This document shows, one piece after another, positions 1 to 9,705 of a DNA stretch of 64,000 bases (the stretch's first letter is position 1; each line of letters starts with the position of its first letter). The position numbers were made by a program, and so were the translations under genes. This stretch comes from Psammoneis japonica. Taxonomy: Eukaryota. The stretch covers positions 434,001 through 498,000 of the forward strand of contig QPGO01000019.1 in assembly GCA_008632985.1 (NCBI GenBank), given 5' to 3'. The notes under the pieces were generated by a model, which was not told where the DNA came from, did not search any database, and saw only the letters and a program-made list of their open reading frames with translations.

Positions 1-550
1 AGACATCAAGACGACCCCGCAGCTGCGTGCCAAAATCCTGGGGCACGTTTTGCTTAAATGGGCGTTGCTTTAGAAGTGCTCAGAATTGTGGGACAGTCAA
101 TGGCAGCAAGACACCTGCAGAACAACAGCTTTCCAATGGTGTCTTTTTTATTTCCATGCCCCCAGCAGATCCGAATCAGCATTCATGCATCCAAACGACC
201 CCGCAGCTGCGCGCCAAATTCCTGTTGCATTTTGCTCAAATGGGCGTTGCTTTAGAAGTGCCCAGAATTGTGGGACAATCAATGGCAACAATTTTGTCTA
301 CAGAACAAGTGCTTTTCAATGGTGTTGCTTTTGTTTTCATGCCTCAAGCACAACCGAATCAGCGTTCACACATCCAAACGACCCCGCAGTTGCATGCAAA
401 ATTCCTGGCGTGTTTTCATGAACCAGGCGTTGCTCCAGAAGCACCAACAGCTTTGCAACAATCAATGGCGATGCTTTCACTGCATCTACAGAACGAATGC
501 TTTCCAATGGTGTCATTTTGTTTTCACACCTGATGTACATCCGATCTTGT
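1..550. repeat. Tandem repeat, ~183-184 bp unit, about 3 diverged copies (truncated by window start)
   Basis: Anchor ACGACCCCGCAG recurs at 11, 195 and 378; downstream GGCGTTGCT..AGAAG and TT.CAATGGTGT motifs recur with similar spacing. Confidence 0.85.
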
Positions 551-1907
551 GGCTTCCTGCAGGTCGAATGCCAAAGTCAGATGAGCCATTGAAAACACGC
601 TGTTTGACCCAAATGTGAACTTGCTAAACAGCAATTAGATCCAAGCCAACAATGGGAAGAAACCAATCATTTGGAACTTCATTTTGTGGATGGTTTGGTG
701 GTGGCATTGGATTTGGCAGGCTTTTTGCCCAAAGAAGAAAAAACTTCCTCAAACACGCTCGTCCTCTTTTCTGCTTTTTTCCACATTGCTCTTGAGCATG
801 CACAGCTCCCGCAACGTTTCCACATCCAGCTTGCACTTCTTGGATGCTTGCAGCTCAGGGGAGCCGAAGGCCACTCCACTTGATAGATTTGAAAACAAGG
901 ACTCAGCCCCTTTCTGGGCGTCCTCCAAATTCTTCACAAAATCCCTTGACCGACAGTCTCGCTTGCTGATCCATCCAGGTGCCCAACAGCTGCAACTGTG
1001 GTCAGCTCAACGTCACAGCTGCAGGCTGAGTGCTTGCCTCCATTGAAAGGAGCTGGAGGTGTGAGACCAAGCTCCAACTCACACCTCTCGTTTGTTGTTT
1101 TTCTCATCTTGCTGCTGCTTTGTTGCGCTCCTCTTGAGTCTCATCTTTCTTTGCTGCCTGTGCCGAAAGCCATGCTGCATGGAGAGTCTTTGCCAGAACC
1201 TCACATCCCGTTGCGTCCTTGTCAGCTCCTTTCCCCGCCTTTGCATCATGCTTCTTGGCCAAAACACAAATTCTGCGGATGTTTGCTTGGCGAAAATTGC
1301 GAATTTTGCTTTCTGCCTGCTCTGGGGCACTGCAGCCTCTGGCTGGTCCATCAACAGGATCATGGAACAAGCCAAAAACCTCCTGCCATCTTCGATCACT
1401 CTCACCATCTGGCATTGGCAAGTGGGCATTTCGCGTGCTGATCAGCGTCAAAAGATCCCAACACAGCTCTTGGCTGACCTCTTTTGTCAGGTTTGGCAGG
1501 CGCCTCTTTCCAGCCATTGCCCCTCAATGTCAGCCTCCTTTGGGATGTTTGGAACCTCCAACAAAGGTTCTCTGTCAGCCATGTTGTTGCATGCAGAGGG
1601 CTTCACCCCAACAAGTGTCACCTCCCCATCAACACAACCCTCCTCTCCAGCGGCATGCCCAGTTGGTGGAGAGTTTTCATCTCCAACACCAAGTTCATCT
1701 GGGTGCATTAGAGCATCAAGAGCACTGGCGAAGCCACAGGTTGTTTTTTTCTCTGCCATGGTGCTGGTGTCACCGCATCTCATGGCCCGTCGACATCTTT
1801 TTTCTTTTTTGGAGCTGAGGGTTCTCGAACAATTCATGTGAGCATCTTACGAGAGGATTGCGCAGGAGATGTGCCACCGATGTTCCGAGAGAAAATGACT
1901 TCAAGTG

Positions 1908-1994
1908 CTGAAAATCGGCTCACAAGTCATGTGATCGGCAAAATGACGCGACTTCGTTGGACTTCGCACGGCTTCGCGAGGCTGCCCGCCAGCT
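1908..1994 (+). repeat. ~87-bp dispersed direct repeat, copy 1 (copy 2 at 8588-8674)
   Basis: CTGAAAATCGGCT...GAGGCTGCCCGCCAGCT occurs at both sites; most differences are CG/TG/CA changes. Confidence 0.85.
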
Positions 1995-2034
1995 CATTGA
2001 ATCTAATGACCCAAAATGCCTGATGAGCAGAAAA

Positions 2035-2387
2035 TGTCATGAGTTGTCGAAATTGTCGTGAGTTGTCGTGAGTTGTCATGAGTTGTCGTGAGTTGTCGGG
2101 AGTTAAGTGAGAAATGTCGTGAGTTGTCGTGAGTTGTCGGGAGTCAGGTGAGAAATGTCGTGAGTTGTCGGGAGCGCTTGCACATCATGTGCATGCTGCA
2201 AGCAATTAAATTTGACAATTTGTGTCACTTCATCAATGTGCACATCCCAAAGATTTGTCGCGAGTCAAGTGAAATTTGTCGTGAGCAGTCGTGAGTTGTT
2301 GTGAGTTGTTGTGAGTTGTCGTGAGTTGTCGTGAGTTGTCGTAAGTTGTCGTGAGTTGTCATGAGTTGTCGTGAGCTGTCGTGAGTC
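2035..2387. repeat. 10-bp minisatellite (GAGTTGTCGT)n in two arrays (~2035-2172, ~2255-2387)
   Basis: Directly visible tandem units, with CGT/CAT/TGT variants at the CpG. Confidence 0.95.
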
Positions 2388-2604
2388 ACAAGTGCCATTT
2401 AGGAGTCATTGTGCTTTCAGCGATGAGAATGCCTCGCCACATCTTTTTTTTTTAATGTGTGTTTTTAACAACAAATGGAAATTCACACATGTGTGTGTGT
2501 GCTGTGCCATTGGTTTAGCGACAAAACACGACAATTGACGGCGATTGTACATTGTCGAGGGATTGACAATTTTGAAAAGATGGTCTTGAGATGGCGGATT
2601 CGGG

Positions 2605-2779
2605 TGAATGAGACAGGCACATGTGCTCCATGACTGAGTGTGCCCTCTCTGACACATGTGTGTCAACTGACGCGTTGGACACACCGAGAACCGTTGGGTT
2701 TGTCCCGCATCAGCGATGATCGGGTCTCTCCTCGGTTTTCTCACAACCTTTGTCAAGTCATCTCAAGCTAGATCTTGCA
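2605..2779 (+). repeat. 5' LTR
   Basis: Ungapped alignment to 8401-8575, 155/175 identical by manual count. Confidence 0.97.
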
Positions 2780-3109
2780 CTGTAATTGCAGTCATTGTTG
2801 TGGCTTGTTCATTGCATTGTCAGTTTTGTGACAACGCGAAGAGTGCTCGTGCAGAAAATTTCATTCAAAATCGATCAGAATCGCAGCGCAATCATGCTCG
2901 TGAAATTGGCGATTCGGAGCAACGTTTGTTTGAACTCGAAGCTCTTGTTGCTGCTGTTGAATTCGTTCTTGTTTGGTTGTTGATTGTTCTCATTGTGTGG
3001 ATCAATTGGGAGTGCCTTGTTTCATTTATCTTGTGGATCATTGATTGTTTGATTGCTGAAATTGTTCATCGCCATGTGTCAAGAAGCCTTGGAGAAAGCG
3101 TGTGTTGAG

Positions 3110-4230
3110 TGTAAGATGACCAAAATTCGTGGATTCTGAGTTGCAGGAAGTGAAACTCACTCAAACCTTTGATGATGGCACCAAACTCTCAAAAATGTGT
3201 CCTGTTTTTACAGGAGAGCATGGAATTGAATCATCATTGCACGTGGAGGACAGGTTCCGGAAGGTGGCAAGACAACTGAATTGTGACACCGGAACAGAGT
3301 TGTTTGATGCTTTCGAGGATTGTTGTCTCCAAGGTGCTGCAGAGGCAAAATGGCAGAACATTGCAGTGGGCATCCAACAGAATCAATGAATGGCAGCTCG
3401 ATTTGGTCAAGCCATCTCGGCCTGCCATCTGTGCTGCGTGAAACCGACAGCTCGCGACACGATGAAGATGCATTTGCCTGCTTGCAAAAAGCCTCACTCA
3501 GCAGAATCTGAAACTCATGTTGATCGCATGGAAACGTTGTTTCATTGTGCCAACCGTTTGCCTGGAACCGTTCCTGAACTTACAGAGCAGGAGCAGAAAA
3601 ATGTCATCTTTCATGCCTTCCCTTTGACCTGGCAGCAGTCCTGCATTCATGTGGGCAGGAACCTTGTTGCGGATTCTATGGTGGACATTCAAGCCCACAT
3701 GAGCAACAAAAATGGCAACGGAGGGAACTCCAGTGACAAAAAGGGCAACCGTGACAAGAAGGAAAGCAAAGGCCAACCAAAGGCTGGTGATCCGTGTCCG
3801 GTCCTGTGGCACCATGGAAGGCTCACGTGGGGCCAGTGTCATGACAATCTGAACAACCCCAACCATCGTGGGCCTCAAAACGTGGCGGTCAAGGAGGAGG
3901 CCGTGGCGGTGGAGGTCAAGGCGGAGGTTGTTTCCAAGGAGGCCGTGGTCAAGGCCATGGAGGCAGTGGACGCTTTGGTGGTCGTGGCAACCAGAGCCAA
4001 GGAGGTCGTGGTGCCTGTCATGACAACAACAACAACAACAGACATCAGAATGACAATGGCAACCAAGGTGGTGGTCAACACCATCACAATGAAAACAACA
4101 ACCGTGGAGGCCAAGGTCAGGCTGACAGCTGTGCTGCTCAAGCAGACAACATGAACAATGACAACCAGGCTCGAGAAGCTCCTCGTGGTGATGCACACCA
4201 TTTTGACATGATCGGATGAGGCCCTCCACG
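3110..4230 (+). pseudogene. Gypsy gag relic
   Basis: Fragments 3129-3389 and 3390-4154 (CPVFTGEHGIE, FHAFPLTWQQ, knuckle-like CPVLWHHGRLTWGQC); Gly/Arg-rich tract in an adjacent frame; TGA stops and frameshifts. Confidence 0.8.
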
Positions 4231-4519
4231 TTGCGGAGGTGTGATGAGGTTTCAGCCAGATGGGCGGTTTCCTTGGCAGTTCTGAGAAGAAGGAGCTGAA
4301 TGCTCCAGAGCTGAATGCTCCCAATTGCCCATGAGAGAAGCATTTGTTGATGAGAATGATTGTGTTTTGCCTGAATGAAATGATGGATGTTTTGCTTTTG
4401 ACTGTTTTGAAAATCCTGATGAATTGTTGCCTGTTGAATTTGAAAATGATGCAGAAAATTGCGTGAATGAAGAGGGGAGTGTGTTTGATCAAGACGCATT
4501 TGAACACAACATTCCTCTC

Positions 4520-7500
4520 CCCAAAATGAACTCGCAAGTCTCGCGCACCGCGTTGGTCCCATCTACACCACTTGTTGCAAAATCGATTCAACGGCATGAG
4601 TCGAATCGTGTGATGCATGTTTGTTTGATTCTGGAGGATCTCACACTGTGATCTCGTCTCAAGTTTTACCTTGTTGAGCCACACCATCCATTGACGAACA
4701 TGGAGTCCGAGCTTTTCAAACAGTTGCAGGTCCTTTCCAGTCGGGTCGTTGTTGGGCAGCCTTGTCAAGCGACATCGTGTTACCAGAATTCGACAAGACT
4801 CGGAGGATTGACGGCTGTGTGGCTCACGTGTTCGATGCTCTGTGTGCACATGATGTCATTTTGGGTCAAGATTTCTTGGACAAGATTGGCCTCAACTTGA
4901 GTTGCGACACAAAGACGCTGTGATGGCTAGACCGTGTGATCCCAATGAAGGAACCTCGTCATTGGTCCAAGTCCCACAATTGGCGTGTGGCTCTAGACCA
5001 AATGGATGAATTTGATGAAGATTGTGAAGACAAGTTGGACTGCGGACACAACGACGGATGTGATGCCTGCATGCTCGACACCAAGCACAAAGCGACAGGT
5101 CCGGCGGAAGTGGTTCGGACCTCAGACCATCTCACGGAAGAGCAAAAGAAGAAGCTGCCATCAGCATTGGAAAAATGTTCAACCTTGTTTGACGGAACGT
5201 TGGGCCACTGTTCTCATGAAAAGGTGCACCTTGAAGTGGATGAAAATGCTGTTCCATGTCACTCAAAACCGCTTCCTGTTGCTCAAGTTAATGAAGAAGC
5301 GTTCAAAAAGGAGTTGAAACATTTGGTGAATCTCGGCGCACTGCGACCATGTGGACCTGCGGAATGGGCAGCCGGTGCCTTTGTTGCTCCAAAGAAGGAT
5401 GGCTGGGTGCGATGGGCATCCGACTTTCCAGAGCTCAACAAGGTCCTCAAGCAGAAAGTGCATCCTCTGCCAGTTGTTCAAGATGTGCTACAATGGAGAG
5501 CGGGCCACAAATTCTTCACGAAACTGGATCTCACTGTGTTCTACTGCAACTTGGAATTGGACAATGAAAGCAAGGAGCCAGCTACGATTGCAACTCCCTG
5601 CGGAAAGTTTCAGTGCTGTCGCATGGCTGTGGGATTGAAGCCAGCTCCAGACATTGCTCAATCCATCATTGAAAAGATTCTGCATGGTTTGGATGTTGAA
5701 ACTTATGTTGATGACATTGGCGCATTTGACACTGACTTTGATTGCCATCTCTCTTGTCTTGACAAGGTGCCACATCATCTCAAGGAGAATGGTTTGAAAG
5801 CCAATCCCTTGAAATGCGAATGGTGTGTTCAAGAAACCGATTTTCTGGGGCATTGGCTTGCTCCAACTGGCATCAAACCGTGGAAGAAAAAGGTCAAAGC
5901 AATTCTACAAATGCAACCTCCACGGAATGCCACTCAACTTTGATTGTTTCTCAGTGCAGTGACCTGCTGTCGCAATGTGTGGCCTCGCAGTTCTCACCCA
6001 CTTGCACCTCTGACTGAGTTGACAGGCAAAAGTCAGCTCCATTGGACAGAAGCATGTCAGAAAGCATTCAAAGAGATGAAGGCAGCAATGTCGCGGCAGA
6101 AGCATTGATGGCCCATCCCAACCACAACCTGCCATTCCATGTCTGCACCGATGCGTCAGACTGCCAGATGGGTGCTGCCATTGTTCAAGATGGCAAACCT
6201 GTGGCGCATTGGTCTAAGAAGCTCTTGGCGGCTCAACGCAACTGCTCAACAATGGAGAAGGAACTCCTGGCCGTCACCATGTGCTTCAAGGAATTTCGCT
6301 CAATGTCACTCAGTGCTGACATCACGGTTCACATTGATCACAAAAATCTCACCTTTTGCACTTTGAATGCGCAGCGCGTCCTTCGTTGGCAACTGTTCCT
6401 TGAAGATTTCGCGCCCACGTTTGAACATGTCAAAGGCAAGGATCACGTGCTCGCCAATTGTTTTTTGCCTTTGGAGGGGAAGAGACGCGTTCCAGACGCA
6501 GGTGGGAATCCGTGTGACATTGGGCCCATGGAATTCTGTGTGCAAGCTCCGCAGCAAAATCACACGGCAATTAAAATGTCAATGATCGCCAACAGAAAAT
6601 GAGGCAATTTTGCGAACACACAAGCTCACCCATGATCGAAGCACATCATTCATTTTTTGCTTGGCCAGTTGCATTCTTCAGACATTGAAGAATGTAACTG
6701 GTGCATTGTTGTTTCTGTAAATTCGTCACATGAAACGTCTGGGGCTTCGCAAAACAGCGAGTCTGGACAATTTTTTTAAAACACACGTAGAAATGTACGT
6801 GAGAAACACATGACGGATGATGAAAATTGTTTGTGTCACACGTCAGTGCTGCGAGCTGCCACCCAGGGCTGGAACGCGTCAAGAGCCTTGGGCCAAGCAG
6901 TGAACGCAAAGGAAAAATCATTCATTTTAAAAAGTTGGATTCCAGTGAACTGAGCAGGACCGAGGAAGAGGAAGATTTGGAGTTGGGCGCTTGCAGGTTC
7001 AAGTGTTGCCGTGCTCCAGTTGATCCCACTGATGAGTCTCACGCCGCCTCTTCCTCTCTGTTTGACAAGCCCGAATTGTTTGAATGCTTTTTGAATTGCC
7101 CGATGCTGGACAAAATGCCGAATCCTGCCGAGATGCTGAGGATGCAACAGTTCCAGTTTGAAGACCTCCAACTGAACCAGCAGAGACAACAGAATCCGCA
7201 GCAGTTCGTGGTCAAGATTGTGAACCATCGTCCTCTCATTTGTTGTCGTTTGCATCTGAATGATCCACCTGGAGCCTGGAAAATTTGCATTCCTGCTGCG
7301 TTGTTGCCGGATGTTGTTGCATGGCATCATCGCGCATTGGGCCATTGTGGAGTCGTGCGATTGCATGAAAGCATTCGGAATCACATGTGCCACCCCACAT
7401 TGCATCAATGTTGTAATGAATTTGTTTGCAATGCATGTCAACGATTTAAACAACTGGGTTCTGGATGTGGAGAGTTGCCTCAACGTCAAGCGCCGTTAGC

Positions 7501-8290
7501 TCCATGGTCGGAAGCAGCGGTTGATCTCATTGGACCGTGGAAAATGCCAATTCAAGACCAAGAGATTGAACTCAGTGCTCTCACTTGTGTTGATGCTGTC
7601 ACTGGATCAACTGAACTCATGCACATTGACAACAAAACTTCTCAGCAGCATGTGACCAACAAGTTTCGCAATCTTTGGTTGGCTTGTCATCCCAGACCAA
7701 ATTGATGCATCCATGACAATGGTGGAGAATTCAGTGGTTGGGAATTTCAAATGCCACTAAATCAAGCGGGCATTGCTGATGCACCAACAACATCTCGAAA
7801 TCCCACAGCCAACTCTGTTTGTGAACAAATGCACCAAACGGCAGCTGATGTCTTGTGCACTGTGGTTGTCGCTAACCCACCTTTGAATGTTCAACAGGCC
7901 AAGCAGATTGTGGACAATGCCCTTGCCACAGCCTCTTGTGCTTTGCGATGCTCCCACTCAAGGTCGATGGGTGTTTCTGGTGGAGCTCTGGTGTTTCAAC
8001 GTGATGTGATTTTGGACCTGCCTGTTGTCTCCAACCTTGCAACGATTCAAGCAAACCGACAAGTGTTGATCAATGAGAACCTGCGACGACAGAATGCAAA
8101 GCGTCATTCCTGCAATTGTCCAGTTGGTCAAGATGCATTGATCAAGTCGGTGGATCCTTCAAAGTTGGAAGAACAAGCTTGTGGTCCATTTCAAATTGTG
8201 CAAGTCCACACCAACGGGACTGTTTTGGTGCTGTGAGTGCTGCAAGTTGTTGAACGAATTGACACTCATCATGTGGTGCCACGTTAGAGT
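4520..8290 (+). pseudogene. Gypsy pol relic: aspartic protease, RT, RNase H, integrase
   Basis: LFDSGGSH protease motif at ~4625; RT PKKDG, TKLDL, YVDD, FLGH; RNase H TDASD, EKELLA, DHKNL; integrase H..LGH, C..CQ, VDLIGP, DNGGEF, NP.ANS.CE. Confidence 0.95.
6484..6880. mobile_element. 397-bp non-autonomous TIR element (MITE) nested in Gypsy pol
   Basis: Perfect 12-bp TIR GACGCGTTCCAG/CTGGAACGCGTC (imperfect to ~22 bp); 4-bp TSD AAGA at 6480-6483 and 6881-6884; removal restores ...LEGKSLG... in pol. Confidence 0.9.
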
Positions 8291-8388
8291 TGAGGGTTTC
8301 TTCCCAACATCTGGGTTCCCTTCTCCGTGCGCATGTGGTTTGAATTTTAGTCAAGTGGTTCCAATGGTGTGCGTGTTCCCAGCACCAT

Positions 8389-8400
8389 GGAGGGGAAGAG
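8389..8400 (+). other. Polypurine tract
   Basis: GGAGGGGAAGAG directly abuts the 3' LTR. Confidence 0.9.
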
Positions 8401-8575
8401 TGAATGAGACAGGCACATGCACTCTGTGACTGAGTGTGCCCTCTCTGATGTGTGTGTGTTGACTGACGTGTCAGACACACCAAGAGCTGTCAGGTTTGTC
8501 CCGCATCAGTGATGATCGGGTCTCTCCTTGGTTTTCTCACAACCTTTGTCAAGTCATCTCAAGCTAGATCTTGCA
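8401..8575 (+). repeat. 3' LTR
   Basis: Matches the 5' LTR and is followed by TSD TCGGG. Confidence 0.97.
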
Positions 8576-8587
8576 TCGGGAATGTCC

Positions 8588-8674
8588 CTGAAAATCGGCT
8601 CTTACGTCGTGTGATCAGTGAAATGACGTGACTTCATTGGACTTTGCATGGCTTTGCGAGGCTGCCCGCCAGCT
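8588..8674 (+). repeat. ~87-bp dispersed direct repeat, copy 2
   Basis: Matches 1908-1994. Confidence 0.85.
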
Positions 8675-9705
8675 AAATCCGTCAATGGTTTCTCCAAAGT
8701 TGCATGAAAACAAGTCGCACAACTCGGCAAGGACACTCCGCTGGCCAGTGGCTCTCGACAGGCAACAAAATGAAGCAATCTCAAATCGAATTGTGCATCA
8801 CGCTGGCCAAGGAAAAACAACACATTGTTTGTTCATGATCAAAAACAATGCCTGGGTTCTGTTGCGAAATGACTGCTCCGATTGTGTCACCCTTTTACAC
8901 ACTTTGACACCTCTGTGCTTCCACCATGCAAAACTCATCAAACCACAATGAGAAAAAGGCTCCCGTGGCACCACCATTGCATCTCCGTGACTGTGCACAT
9001 GTGGCTCCACCAACCATTCAGGAATGCCAACCATGTGTGGATTGATTGTGCCCCAGCAGAGTTGTTGGTCTGAAGCTTCTAACGAGTCTCTGCCAAACTG
9101 GCAAAGAAATGAGACCAGCATGACCAGATGCATGCATGGCAGTTCTGGACAATGTCACAGAGAAACAGCAGGTGCAGGATCACACCTGGGCTCCATGCAC
9201 TTGCATGGAGCTGTGAGAGCTCTGTGGCCATGCACCACAAAGCCTGAGAAGAAGCCCCCCCCCCCCCCCCGAAGAACCCCAAATGATCAGCACAGACTTG
9301 AGCCCAGCAGATTTGTTTCCTCCTGTGTTTTTGCTTTGGTGTTTTTTAGATGCTCAGACCAAGGAGATGTTGACACATCAACCCACCAAGGAAGGCCCGC
9401 AATCGCCATGTTTTGGTGGCAGAGGCTCTCTGTTCTTTATAAAAGGTTAACTGCACTGTGTCCAGCTAGCCAGAGTGGGGCTAGAGCAGAGCAATCTGTT
9501 CGTTCATTATTTTACACATCACCGTCTGTCCATCCCACCGTTCCACTCATCGGCGTTGCGTCGGCCGGTTGTCGGTTTGGAAGGTTGTCATTTGTCATAA
9601 AGAAAAAGAGAGCACGGGACCAAGGCACAAGCCGTTATTGTTGCTTTCTCTCTTGCTTTCTCTCTACATACCGGTAGTAGTTCGTTGCTTACTATTCTTG
9701 TTGGC

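Larger units (their letters stand above)
2605..8575 (+). mobile_element. Full-length, inactivated Ty3/Gypsy LTR retrotransposon
   Basis: 175-bp LTRs TG...CA at 2605-2779 and 8401-8575; 5-bp TSD TCGGG at 2600-2604 and 8576-8580; PPT before the 3' LTR; domain order gag-PR-RT-RH-IN. Confidence 0.97.
1..9430. other. TpA-depleted, TG/CA-rich repeat block 1
   Basis: TA is very rare up to ~9430, then normal (TTTATAAAAGGTTAAC). CpG is only partly lost. Contains tandem repeats and a Gypsy element. Confidence 0.9.

Noticed and set aside
2035..2387. Possible CRISPR array or telomeric repeat
   Set aside because: Head-to-tail 10-bp units without spacers, eukaryotic context, not TTAGGG-like.
5701..5718. 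Surviving YVDD tyrosine as a sign of selection
   Set aside because: It lies in the resistant TTA context and the rest of pol is broken.
4936..5943. Alternative genetic code or a functional Cys-rich RT
   Set aside because: Neighbouring genes use the standard code; pol has stops, frameshifts and a MITE insertion.
1..9430. Classical RIP or CpG decay alone as the cause of the composition
   Set aside because: RIP creates TpA, and CpG decay cannot turn Tyr codons into Cys/His.
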